Assembly: GCA_002633005.1 (NCBI GenBank)
Contig: NMRA01000584.1
Span: forward strand, 1-64,000
Source: Phoronis australis
Lineage: Eukaryota; Animalia; Phoronida
Direction of reading: 5' to 3'
DNA: 64,000 nucleotides
Part shown: positions 48,001 to 61,395 of the stretch, piece by piece
Layout of the letters: every line of letters begins with the position of its first letter
Numbering within the stretch: the first letter of the stretch is position 1
Made by a program: the position numbers and the translations under genes
Notes under the pieces: generated by a model
The model's database searches: none
What the model was told of the DNA's origin: nothing
The model's input: only the letters and a program-made list of their open reading frames with translations

Positions 48001-48865
48001 AGAAATTTATCCATCATCATCGAGGTAGTGTTGATAGACATTGGTGCCATTGGTCTTGACGCATTCCCCTAGTTCTCTGTGACCACAATTTATGAGTTAC
48101 AAAAGTCGCATCTCACATTTTGTTGTGTGCTTGATTCTTCTAACTACGTAACTACGTACATCAGTATACACTGATGTATCTAGATCCGGATGGTGCGGCG
48201 GGGGGATGGGTGTGGGGTAGCGATTTCTGAAGGACAAACAAACGTTCACGGAAGCCATAGAAACGACATACCTTGGCCATTTTGGCCGTATGTATTGACG
48301 GGGGCAGATCCCTGGTTCACCTAAATCCTGCAATGAATACAAATTTCCGTGAACAATATTATTCTTTAATGTGCATGCTACAAGACGCATGTGAATTTGG
48401 ATTTACCTGCAAAATGTCTTGGGCCAGTATCCAGTGCCTAATAAATGACGCCTAGTCCATATAATTGCTGTAAACCACCTGTTCGAAATCATGCTGATAT
48501 CATGTATACATGTTGAATAATTTGTAACCAGTTTCTGATGGTTATCTCTCGTTTTGATCTAGATCAATTTGTTACCTCAGTTAAAACCGTCTGGCTGATG
48601 TTCCCCACCACTAAAATTGTCTGGCAGTGGAGAATTTTGATACAGTCAATTGAGTAGTAGGTGTCGCGGATATTTTAAAGTGGTTACCAGAAACGTTGAT
48701 CTAGCTCAATTTTTGAGTGCTGTTTGCACTGATCACACCCACCAGAGCGAAACTATCAGATGGCCATTTCCTATCTTTGGAATACCCATGGATCACGGTA
48801 TTACCAAAAATTGGCTACTTTTTCATGCTCATAAAGCTCTGGGATGCCGGTTAATACATGTAGAT
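45060..48865. mobile_element. ~375-bp degenerate inverted repeats (45060-45435 and 48490-48865) enclosing ~3 kb with internal tandem units
   Basis: For example, aaaaattgagctagatcaacgtttctggtgaccactt (45224) versus aagtggttaccagaaacgttgatctagctcaattttt (48678). Confidence 0.65.
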
Positions 48866-49334
48866 CCCAACTCAGCAAATCGTTGATGAAAGTCCGAAAA
48901 GCTGCGTGTTTGGAAAGCGCGGTGCCTGTTGAAATTACTTGAATGCCTGCGTGATACGGATTCATCGTAGAGTACGCAAATTCCACGTGGGTTTCCCATG
49001 AAAGTGGACGAGAGTGTTGCCCTGTTCAAGGCAACATTTTTTCGAAAGATACCGATTGGATGGTCATATGGTTATAATTTTACCTTCCACAATATATTCA
49101 AGATTCGTTTATCTTTCCGACAACTTCGTATGAACATTTTTTTGGAGCGCATCATAAAATGCCTATGTCGTCGCTGCGGCGATAGATCAATTTGACCTAT
49201 CACCAGGAGTTTGAGTGACGGCTTAACTGACCAATCACAACGTAGCATTCTTGACACACCTTCGTTTCAAAGTCGCCATTTTGCCCGACAAACAACTCGT
49301 TGCCGGGTAAAACTAATTGTTTGTTTGTTGACAT

Positions 49335-49399
49335 TTTGCAAGGAGGCGGAGCTTGCGATAGGTCAATTTGACCTATCGCAAGCTCCGCCTCCTTGCAAA
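49335..49399. repeat. Perfect 65-bp palindrome (32-bp arms, 1-nt centre)
   Basis: tttgcaaggaggcggagcttgcgataggtcaa-t-ttgacctatcgcaagctccgcctccttgcaaa. Confidence 0.9.
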
Positions 49400-51176
49400 G
49401 CATCACGTTTTCATCCTAGCGTAAGTATTGATTTAGTTAGCCCTGGCTACAAAAACAAGTCCTTATTTTATTTCAAATAAAGCTTAATAAATGTCATTGC
49501 AGTCGCAAATTATTACTAATCACTGATAATCCCGGTATTGGGGACCCGGCGAAACCGAGATCCGAAAGATAAAAACTATCTTAATGAATATTAATCTGAT
49601 TCTATGTCCAAAAAAAAAAACGCAGCAGCGGCATAAAGTTATTATCAAGAGCTGACTCCGTCATCAATTTGCTATTTTATGAGAAATTCTCCTTTTATTG
49701 TTCGGTCTTCATCGAGGGCAATGTAAAAATCGGCTTGTTTAGCCTACTGCATGAGCTAGTGCACACGCGCTGTGCATTCCCAACTCGAAACCGTCAGCTC
49801 ATGGATTGTGCTTGGTTTTTAAAGTAACATTTACCACTATAGCCCCGCTCACATAAAAATGACCCTTCAGCGCTTTTCAAAAGATCTACCCGCTTTCAGA
49901 GGTTGAACAAAACGAGATGGACGTTGGACCAGGAAGTTTCAGGCAACCTTCGCTTCACGAAAATACTCAGGCGGAATGCACGAGTGCACGGTTTTGAGTT
50001 GGGCTTGGCGCAGCTTCGGCTTAAATACAAATTTTCGGTTAAAACGCAGGTAAATTAATAGTGATAACGATGATAATTTTTTAAGGTTGAAATTTGTTCG
50101 AGAGCTGTTGATAGAAAAGCATGTTCGTTCTCCAAAAGTCAGTCTAAAAAGTAAATAACCTATCCGATTACAAAAGACCACAAAGCTGTTTACTTTTTTG
50201 GCATACAGTACATGTATGTCATCTTTGATTTTGTGACGTAGAACTAACTGTGACGTACACTGTACGTATTCAAAAAATTTTGCAGTGATCCTACAAATGG
50301 CTCGTGGAACTTTCTGAAAGATATGATATTGTATTTAGCGTGGGATGTCAGTTGCATTGGTCAAACTGTACTGAGATTGGCTGATGTCGCGTGGAGACTT
50401 TAAAGTTTCGTTTTGCTCGGTAGCACACACCTTTCTACAAGCGTAGTAGAAAATGAAACGTGGTTGGCAGAAGTATTAGAAGCTGCCATTGCTCTCAAGG
50501 AAGGAGAGGCTGAAGTTGGATTGAAGGAAATCTATGATGGATATATATATAACGGATTTACAATGCTACATGGCTGAGGTATCACGCCAAAAAGAAACAA
50601 ACATTACTCGCAGATCGACGGCCCCCACCGAGCAGCAGTTGGGAGGATTTCCCCCTCAGGTCCAGGGGAAGATTTGATTTAGTGTCTCATATTTTCGCTG
50701 ATTTCTGAAGTATAATTAGCCCTCGACGATACCTCTAGCGCCAGGTCAGTCGGTCTTTGCGATGAGCGCAGCAGAATTCCACAGCCCTTCAGAATGAGCT
50801 GGAATCTTAAATCAAAGTCAAATTTTCAACTTTCTAAGTAGCCTTGGTACAAAGCTGTATACTAAATTTTGGGGTCTATAGAAGAAAAACACACAGTGGT
50901 ACCTAGCTGTATTTTGACGATAGTCTTCATACAGCTAGCTGGCTGGCTACTTTCTAAGTTACCGACAAAAACGTTCACAGTTCTTGACTTGCACATGCGT
51001 TTCTGTCGAGTGCGTTTGAGAACGTCTTATGTGAATAAGAAATCCGCCAGCCGTCGCGCTTCCGGGCGCGTCGCAACACATTCGTCTCCGACGAACACTG
51101 TTAAACAAGGCGCGACACGATCGTGCTGTCGCTGAAGATGCAAAACAGTAGTAAACTAAATCGTAATCTTCTTACT

Positions 51177-51740
51177 CTCGCTGGTTCCCTGCGTGCTTAG
51201 CCCAGCCAGCACGCAGGTATCACGTAATGACACGTGCTTTAGCATTGGTCGATGTAATCTTGGCAGTCATTGGTTAGCTTTACAACACCGTGAAAAAAAT
51301 GGCGGACTGTGAACGATTTTTAGTCTTGTCGTTTCTGAAGTGATGTTTAATAGCCGCGTGCTTGAAGCACATACATGCACAATAAACACATATTATGTGG
51401 CCGATTTAACCAGTGTGTTATTCATACTGTATAAGGACACTATCGTAAACAAAAGTCATCGACAGTAGAAAGATGTATTCCGAAAAGGCTCAATATTACA
51501 ATTTCTAGGCTTCACATTTCCTGAACATAATTTTAAACACCGATTTGTCTGTACAACAGACCACATTTACACTTCAGTCCATCAGTCATGCCAGTTTGTT
51601 TGCGCAAAGCGCTGCCTGTTGAGAATTCGACTAGCCAATCAGAAACGCCGGTGTAAAAAAATTTACAGAGGAAATTTAAGTGATACCTGCGTGCTGGCGC
51701 GGCTACCGCCCCATCTAGCGGCACGCAGGGAACCAGCGAG
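51177..51740. mobile_element. TIR element (20-bp perfect TIRs) next to a small gap
   Basis: ctcgctggttccctgcgtgc ... gcacgcagggaaccagcgag. Confidence 0.7.
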
Positions 51741-52149
51741 NNNNNNNNNNNNNNNNNNNNNNCTACATTTCAATCTTGATTATACTGACATCTGTTGGGT
51801 CTATCGGCAACTAACCGCACATGAAAGGCTTGGTCGAAAATTATCGTTTTCTCACATGCACTTTCGGGTTTTTAGCGGCGATTCCACTGATCGAAGCGAC
51901 AAAATAAGCCAAAACTTTGGCCATACCATGTTAAACATAAAATTTTTTCCAATTTTGCTGAAACTTGGCCACGTTTTTAACAAAATACTTATCTATGTTA
52001 TGTGCTATCGGCAAATGTGATTGATTCATAAATAAGACCCTCACGCTGTGTTTTCTGCGAATCCCATGTATTCTGAAGGGGGCTAACTGAGTGATTTTCG
52101 CGCATGCGCAATTCACGGTTTCAATATTGCTGGTAATGTGAAGGGGGGT

Positions 52150-53000
52150 TTAACAATGTAGAATTTGTTCTAGTCGTGACGGATGTCAATAGTAGCAGAT
52201 TCAACACCTTGGTGATGTTTGAAAATAGCAATGAACATGAACTTCGACCCGAGAGTGCAGCAGTGATGTTGTCGGGCTTGACATCTGTGTTCGTCCATAT
52301 AGTTGCATCCACAGCCTAACTTCCTGGTGCAAAGTGGCAGCTGACGGAAGGTCATCGTTGTAACGGCAGAGTACGGTAATGATTCTTCAAATTCCCTCAA
52401 TTCTTCAACTGCTTTGCTCTCTTTTCGAAAGGTTGTACGGGATTGGACGGAGTCCCAGTACCCTTTGGCGTCTATTGCCGAAACGTTGTTTCTTTGTGCT
52501 TGCTTTCCGCATCTTCTAGTTAGCTCAAGAGAACTGTTTGCTTTGGCTGCCATCGCTCCCATCTTGTCGTACACAGTGTCATATTCTCCGTCATTTATTC
52601 TGAAACAGAGTTTGCACATGTTTGACCATTCTGAAGCTTTAGTAAGACGTCTAGAGTTTAGTCCTGCAGTTGCTTGTTGAGGGGCAGTGTGTATTCAAAG
52701 AAGTGCAGTACAGTTTGGAAACTCGCAATAAATGGCGCGTCAGTCACCTGCTTGTACAGCTCAAATACCTCGCCACTAGCTTTATCGTTCCAAAGTCTCT
52801 CTTGTCACGCTATCGCTTCCAAACAATCCAGTAACGCACAATACATTTGGTCGAAGTCTTGTGAAGTAACATGTCTTTCTACCCACCGCGTGCTTCAAAG
52901 TAAGCCGAATGTTGATTTTTTGATGAGCTCGAGCCAGCGATTCGTTTTATTAAAGGTGGTACTTCCGGTCGTAGCCAAGACGGTCGTATCTTAGATTTGG
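52150..53000 (-). pseudogene. Decayed hAT-superfamily transposase (C-terminal half including the dimerization domain)
   Basis: Frameshifted pieces read STRWVERH, PFIASFQTVLHFFEYTLPLNKQLQ, RRCGKQAQRNNV..KGYW, LHQEVRLW and KPDNITAAL..LFSNITKVLNLLLLTSVTT, resembling hAT/ZMYM1/THAP12-type transposases. Confidence 0.75.
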
Positions 53001-53659
53001 CAATCAGTTCATCAAAGTGGTTTATGAAGATGGTCGTTGATTCTGAATAATGGGCCCCCTATAGATCACAGTGATTTTTTGCTATTATCAGCTGTTCTCA
53101 TTTCTGTCTATACGGACACAGAGCGTAATTTTTGCCAAGAAAACTATAGTATGAATAGAGACAAAAATTTAATGCGAGCCACAACTGTAGCGCGCCAATC
53201 AAAAATTTACAGCCTCAACAGCGCAGTGCGTGGTCCAAAACTGAGCTAGCCTGGAAACAGTGAATACGAATCGTTGAGGAAATATCGGTGATAGAGGAAT
53301 ACTATGTGGGCCATTTACCGATGTACACGTGTGAGTTGTTGCAGCGTCAACTTATGGAAGGTCCCTAGCTTGCGAAAGTTTTTACTTTAACGCTCTCTTA
53401 TCACTCTTCGTCACGAAAATAGGCAAATTCTTGAGTTATTTCTGAAAATGGCCCCATGTATTTACTGTTGAAAAGTAGACGTTAGTTCGTTACGTCACAC
53501 GTGAAATTAGGCGAGAACACCAAAACGCGCCTGCTTACAGGCCCTTTTATTGGAAAACCAGTTTTCTAATTTCAGCTGCCTCTTCGCACTGAACTAACTA
53601 ACCGGTCACTTTCGTTCTCTTCCGTGCACGTTATTTTTAGATTAAAGCAAAATATGCGA

Positions 53660-54142
53660 CAGCCTCGTCCCAAAGCCTCAAGATGACGCTGATCGGTTTA
53701 GTCAGTTGAGGATTGGTTGTGGGAAATCAAATGCAAAATAATTCCGATACATTTTTACGGAAATCGCAGGAATATCACGAGTAATATAACTTTGAAATTT
53801 TCAGCAGTATAATATAAGAACGAAAACTATATATTGCAGCAATTTAGGCCCAAGTTATCGCAAAAATTATGTATTTTGATTCGAAAACAGATTAATTTCT
53901 ATGATGCTGTTACTAAAAAAGAATTGAAAATAAGTGCATGAACCTTTATTTCAAAATATAACCAAAACAAAACCACCTGCTTCATGAGTGGCAGCAACAA
54001 CGCCTGTGAAAATAATTAAAATCTGCCTTTGTTTTAATGACGGCAAGGCAGCGACCAGTCTTTGCGCAGAAAGTAGTTCACATAACCAAGCCTCAAATGG
54101 CTAAACCGGTTCGCGCCATCTTGAGACTTGGGGACGAGGCTG
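53660..54142. mobile_element. MITE, same family as 38272-38574
   Basis: cagcctcgtcccaaagcctcaagatgacgctgatcggtttag ... ctaaaccggttcgcgccatcttgagacttgggacgaggctg. Confidence 0.8.
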
Positions 54143-57100
54143 AACACGTGATTACTTCTTTATGGAATCTGGGAGAATTTTAGGGAGGGGAGCATGGCCT
54201 GTACAACTCAATCCATTTTGGTTCCGTCTTCGGAGCGCCCGCGCAATTGAACCTCAAAACTGGAGTTATTTTTATGTTAAAACGTAATGCGAGAATACCT
54301 ATTTATGGAGTCTGTGAGAATTTTTGTGGGCATGGCCCCCTAAATCTGCCACTGAGATTGATAGATGCTGTCTCAAAGGACTAGTAACGCCGACAGGCCG
54401 TCCAAAACACTGAGAACACACATGCGCCCACCCAGCCTAAAATATGGGGGGGCTCGAATTTCTCGGTAAGGGGACCTTTTACTGAACAAAATCAACGAGG
54501 ACTAAAAAAACGGGCCACTAGGTTCAGGCCTACGAATTGTGCATCTGCGCCGATTTCCTGTGTCCTTTGTGGACGTCGTTTACTCGGACGTTTTTTCACT
54601 GAGACAGACCTTTATGCCCAATTCTCCAAATTGGGGGGCTCGTTCGAGTCCCCGCCCCCCACATGTGGGTGTGCCCATCAGTGACACAACTAACTAAATT
54701 GAGCCTAAGGCCAACACCTACATTATCATTAACGGCCTGGATGTCGGATACATATTCCACAAATCGCAAACTGCTAAATGTCAACTTAGTTTTTCCGAAA
54801 TATTGAGTTTTCGTTTGTAGACTACAGAGAGAATTTCGCGCAGAATACACTTACCGGAAGCCGAGTTTCCCCCAAAGGCGTAGGTGGCGCCTTCGCTTAG
54901 AAGTCATATCAGTCACGAGTTTGCAGTAAACCATAGGTGGCACTGTAGGCCTACAGTTGGAGTAGCCTATTCTCTGACACAGCGCCACCTATACTGAAAA
55001 GTGGCCCTGTGGAAACATGATGAGCGAAACACGGAATTCCGTGTGTGAGCATCAGTGCGCATGCTTGGTCGGAAGTTTACCGATCACCTCGCCACCACTT
55101 CCCCACGCCTTCTATGCACTGTACTTGTTTGGGCTCAGTTGAACCACTGGATAGGAGTTTTCTTGATTTCGTTTACTTCGATCACTGCCCGTTTTAATAA
55201 ATTGCAACTATTCAAGTCAAAGGTCTTCGCCATACTAGGTGACAGTAAACTAAAAGGGGTTTTCCAGATTTCAACCAATGGGCATTGGTTTCATTGTTTT
55301 AACCAATGAGAAGACAACATTCCAAAGTGCTACCTTTTCTAGCGAACACGTTTTTCTTTCTGAGAACCTCGTATTCACAATTATGTCCGGAGCGCATTGT
55401 AATGCCTATGTTGTCGGTTAAGATTCTGTAATTTGCAAGGTCGGCCACGTTTTCTCGAAGTACATCCCAGGTTGAGTATTTCTAATGTGTTAGCCTTCGA
55501 AATTACAAGTCCTTAAATTATTTCACTCTTAATATCATAATAGTAGGAAATGATTACAATCACTTACCATCTCGGCACGGGCCGTCCAGCGAATCCGTGA
55601 TAAAATCTATTTACAAAAATGATCCGAAAGCTGATGTGTCCAAATTACCCCGCAGTTTTCACGTAATGATGGTATAATTTTATAAGCAAGCGCTGTTTCG
55701 CGTTTTGCATGCAATTTCATGAGAAATTTTCATTTTTTTAGTTTACTCTACCTAGTTTCTCTACCACTAGTACGTATGCACTGCACATGCCCAACTCGAA
55801 ACAGTGGGCTCGAGTATCGGTAGAGGTGACACTCAATGATTTTTTGAGCCACGGTTCAGTTTGCTCCCCGATTTCATTAAAAATTGGCGCCTGTTGGATT
55901 GGCTGGACATTTCTAGCTCTGTGTTGCATGTAAAGGCTACGAATGGCATTTGCTAGAGTTTTGAATATGTTCTGAGTGAAAGATTGTCAGCTGTTGACCC
56001 CTTGACCCACTTTTTGGTCAGCCGTGGCTTTTCTTAAACCTTTACTCTTTGCAAGCGGGAAGTTGAACTTTAACTAGAAATTCAGGTACCCTTCAGACTC
56101 TTTGGATTTGTGAAAAATATGGCTGGTCGACACCCACTTTTCATCTGATTTTTGGAATCTGGAAAGTTTTGGCAGTCTGGATGCACTCTGTCTCTCACTT
56201 CTTAGTAATTAAACCCAAATGATGGCTTTTGAGTGAAAACTGCTGATTTGGCATATTTTTGGTGTTTTTTCATGTAGCCGGCTGCACTTCCGGTAGTCCG
56301 GCGTAAAAGGTGGAAAATTGATTATGGAATCAGTTTCAATAGACTTTGTGCAAGGTTTTTGAAGCATATGGCCCATTGTACTCTTCAAATTTTCAGGTTT
56401 TGTACATCCTGTGGAACAGACTGTTGGAGCTGACTCGACCTGGTTTTTCAAGTCCCAAAGAATCAGCAAAAACTGTTGTTGAGTGCCACCAGAGTTCAAA
56501 AACGCTAGGATCGCGCTAGAAAAGCGAGATCACGCGAGATCCCGCTGTGTATTTTCAACGGGAGCACGTTGTTTTGGCTAGATTTTCTCGCCAAAGACAG
56601 CTGAACGCGACCCTGTTGTCTAAGAATGTTTCATGTTGTCACACATAATCTCGGCAATGAGCGAAGTACGTGATCACATTAGGTTTCATCACGAAATTAT
56701 TGCGTTTATTTACGGCAATCTAGCTTCACCTTGAAATCAGAGCTGCTCTATTGTTTCGTATTTCTCACTTGACTAGGATTTTAGGTCCTAACATACGAAA
56801 TACTGATAAGGCTTAGGGACTCTACTGTGCAGACCTACCATACACTAGCGTGTATCATCTTAATTACTGATAACCGGTCAGTTTTCTCCGGACCAGATGT
56901 AACCACATGCGGTGCTCTTAGACGAAAACGCATGACATCGTTCTGTTATATCGGGCACCAAAAGCAATGCTTTTGCTAAATGTGCTTCGTTTCTTCAACT
57001 TTCCGTGATCGTAAATTGTTTCTCTGACAAACCATGTTTGTGCTGACGCCACCTGGTGACTAACAAAGTAACTAGCAAATTTTCAGCTGCATGCCTTCCG

Positions 57101-58142
57101 CTCGTACATTGAGTTCAGTCTTCAATAACAACAAATTGCTTGTTCTCCCAAAACCCAGAAAGTATTGTTAATCTGAGTACAGTATAAGCTAAAATAAGTT
57201 TTACAGAGGCATATGTTTGAACTAAATAAGGAATTTTCTTGACGTCGAAAGCATCTGCGCTGCAGCTTTAATTTAAAAAATTAACATGGCGAGACAGAAG
57301 CAGCTGTGAAACACATTTCTACTGGACATATTAAATCACGTATAATTTTAATCAATAATTAACATCTCATACAGCCTAGGCAAGATTGGCAAAGATAACA
57401 ATTAAATTGAAACAGAGGAAAACAACAAAATAAACACTTTCACAATGATTGTCATGGATAGATTACATGGCAAGACAACTTTGATTACCGAAGTCAAGGG
57501 AACTTTCAACCCTGTTCTGGGTTCTCGTTCTAACAAACGTTGGACTTGCGTTGGTAACGCTGCCAACGAACAATGGATAAAACAATCTAGAACAAAATCT
57601 CTAGTTTCACTGCAACAGATTTCAACATATTGAACAACAAGAGATAGCGCTAGTGTTTGGAAATGAATGACGTCAAATAAAACATTCCTGGAAACTGTGT
57701 GAAGCAATACGTCATGGAAAAATTCATTTAATTACAGAGTGACGAATCGTGTAAATTTCGTATTGCTTTCAACACAAATACTTGTACACCACTGAGAAAA
57801 GGGACCAATGACACTGGCCACCAGGCGTCGTGATATTTGATAAATAAACCTAGCTGTACACATGTTTCAACGTCACACAAACTTTGATAAAAGCACAATG
57901 CCTCAAACCCGAACAATTAGAATATATACTTGGTTTACCGTCTGTAACCCCAAAGCGTAATGCAAAAATGGAATGCTTTAATCATCTTTAATAGTTTGAG
58001 GTAGAAGACGGTCAATTAGCCTCAATGGCAAGATTGGCGACGAATTTAGAGCAAAGGTTGTTAAAAGCACCAATTGTATTAGTTACGTGGTTGTCCCGTA
58101 TAAAACGTGAAGCGCGTGTCCAAAAACACGCGGGCACTCTCT

Positions 58143-61100
58143 TTACTGGTCAGTTGAAACCTCTGCCGCATGGAGGCGTTCGATTTTACTCTCTTGGGAA
58201 CTGCCTTCCACTGATCTCGTACTGTCTACGTCATCAACCGCTACTGGAACCGCTTTTGGCGGAGACGGGGCGCCGAACATGGTGCCATGCGCTGACAGGG
58301 GAGAGTGCGTGCCTGAGCCGAGGGTCTGTGAGGGGAATGACAATCCGCGCATGGAAGGCGACATTTGTGACATGGGATAAAGTTCGCTTTGGGAAATAAG
58401 AGAACCCTTGCTTAAAAACATAACGCTTGGCAATGGTTGATTGGCGTCCAGATGCGAAGCCATCATGGAATGTGGAGGGTGCGATGGTGGGTGGTACGAC
58501 TGCACCGGAAGAAGAGATGGTGAATGGACCCCGCCCATCTTGAGGTCTGTAACACAGAAGAACGTTATACTGGTATACAATGCAATATATGTCATAGTCT
58601 GTAGTCTCTTTGCTGAAATTTTGTTGGACTTGTGTGATATATAGCAAAAAAGAACGCGCTTATTTGTGGCAGCCATCGTCAGTGAACCCGGAATCAAACT
58701 TTGTGAAGTGAACATTATATAGCTGTTTTGGCACCGTGAAGTCGGAAATGTTTGACATCCCCGCTAAAATAGAGAAGTAGAGACGTGTTTCTAAATTTAT
58801 TACGTGAAAATGCGCAGCTTTTGATTATTCAAAGACAAAATAGTTACTCATTTATTCAAATAGGACGTCGGAGCTGCAAACATTTGTGAAAGAAATGATT
58901 TGACCGTAACAGGTTACTGTTATAAGATGTTCTTTCTGTCCGAAAATGAGCAATTTTATTTTGAAAAAAATGTTGAGCTGTCAGTGGACTATCACACTCG
59001 ACGGAACCTGAAAAATGGTTAACTTACAGAGGGGTAGAGTCAATTACCACCAATTTATGATACTATCTCTATCAATAACTCCCCATAACCGGTCAAAGTG
59101 AAAAGCAAGTTGCCCTTTTTCGGCATTTTATGCTTAGTTGATGCCAATACCCTAAATTTCTTAAGATAATCGTTCCATACGACTCAGCGGATGAAAAATA
59201 ATTTCACTCGGATATTCGTACTTCAAAAAGCAGAAAATAAATGAATTGTAATAAACTAACCCTTTTTAGTCAACTCCAAGGCGGTTGAAGCAGGGTACAT
59301 GCCGTCGTTGGACGATGAGGTTGTTACGGGAGGGTGGGTTGGTGACCTTGACCTTGACCCTTTTGCTTTTCTCTTTCGAGTTTGAATACCTTCCTTTTTC
59401 ATCGACATAGGTCTGTTCACCTAAATAAAACAAGAGTGTGACTGGTTATGGACAATCGGAAGCGGAAGTGCATTATGCCGCTTGAAACGTCATTTTATAC
59501 GGCGCTAGATGTTGTAAACATAATGCGTTCATATCATTATCGCCATGTTTGGAGAGTGTTGGACCTGTTGACAAGTAAATCTAATGGAATCCAAAGCCCC
59601 ATTGTACTCTGGGTTGAAATTGACATTTTGAAGTGTTTGTGTTTGTATCCTTTTAAGGGGGTGTTTATGTTGCAACACGAACGCTGTAAAATAGTGTAAA
59701 CAAGAAATTAAAGGGGGGAGCATGCCTTTTACAAAAACGATGTTTAGGATTTCTTACATGGCTGATCAAGCCTACTTAAGTAAAGAGGTTCACAATTTTT
59801 TTGTGATATCACTTCCATTTTGTGAAGATAAAATCATCGATGCTAATATTACCGTTGATCTGGACCAATTAGGAAATTGCAAGATCATCACAACATCCAC
59901 CCCAGCCAACACCCCCGTTTCACTATCACTACCAATACCACCACCGCACACACGATCTCCAATACCTGGTGCAGCTTGAAGTAGAGCCCACACGCGTTAC
60001 ATACGGGTTCTCCGTCATTATTTCTTCTCCACAATGTCGTTGTACTTGTAGCACAATTGGCACACACCAAACCAACACGTCTGGAGCCGCTCTGCAACAA
60101 ACAATAAATACCAGCCTTTCATCAACCTTGTTTTGTCTCATAATCGTTGGGGTTCCGTACACAGTGGATGCTGCGTTCGTCCTTATTGTAGGTCAAGAGA
60201 TATAGCGACTCAACGTTGTTATGGATATTATAAAATAAGAGCTCAACACTTATACGCAATTGTATTTAAGTGAAGACTACCTATTCAACACCTGAAACCA
60301 TTGGTACACGCCACCACAGCATTGGCAGTTTTAAGAAGACTGAAAACAGCGGAAGTTGTGAAGTTGGCGTGGTCGAATTGTTTTTGAAGTAAGCATTCAT
60401 ACTGACAGCTTTGAAGCGATTTAACATTTTAACGTCTTTTCAGTTGTCCGAACAACCCAGGTTTCAAGAATTAAAATGAGTCCGAAGTTCACCGTCAAAA
60501 ATCTAATATGGTACCGTATATATAAGTGCTTCACAGAATGAAATACGGCAATAAGAAATATTTAGCGAGCAAAACTAAAGTTTAGAAGGTGTGCGTGCTG
60601 ACACCTTACGTGATGCTCAGTTCACACTGCGTTACTGCAGATAGGCGTGACGTCTGTCAATGAATAGATACACAAGCGGATTAAGTGAGACACTAAGTTA
60701 TTCTGAAGCCAGCTTGGATACTTAGCGACTACCGGAGAGAAACGTGAGGCAAAATTTTACGATCCCTCTACACTATAAAAGCGTGGAGTTCAGTCCATGT
60801 CAGTGGTATGTTCAGTGCGATTCCTTATAGAAATAGTGCTAGCTCGTGGTCTCTGATCACTAAGGTTACTGCTGCCCACGAGAGGGTGTACTTCATGCAG
60901 GTAAAAAGATCATGCTGCAGGAAAGACACTGCAAAGCGCTACAAATCACCAAAGGCAACAACTCATGTTAAGAGGAAGTCAAACGCAATAGACGGTGTTA
61001 CTACAAGTGTTATGCTTTTAAATACGAATAAACCACTAGGACAAGTGAACACGACAATGCAGAGAAATGTATAATCCATGACAAGCAATAGTTTTTCATT

Positions 61101-61395
61101 TGCGTAACTTGAAGCTCAAGAGACATTACTGCAAGTGACGATAGGGCCAAGGAGTGTCGCTGCATACCAAAGACGATCGCCGACGGAGGTCCACGAAGCA
61201 GAAAGCGCCAGTTACAGTCACTACGTACCAGTCGTCTCTGAGGTTGGGCCAGTTGTCGCGTCAGTCCATTCGTCTTATGGTACAAACCACACGCGTTACA
61301 TAGGTAGTGACCAGTGCCATCTCGGCGCCAGAGAGGGGTTGAGACCGCCCCACAGTTGACGCACTCCCTGCCCTCGTCAAAGAAAGCATCTTCGT
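58143..61395 (-). CDS. GATA456: GATA4/5/6-class zinc-finger transcription factor, last four coding exons (N-terminal exons not found in the window)
   Basis: Exons 61229-61395 ([34 protein letters not shown]), 59966-60091 ([39 protein letters not shown]), 59261-59420 ([18 protein letters not shown]) and 58143-58546 (to stop), all phase-consistent. RRVGL and RRNNDGEP point to the 4/5/6 class rather than 1/2/3. Confidence 0.93.
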
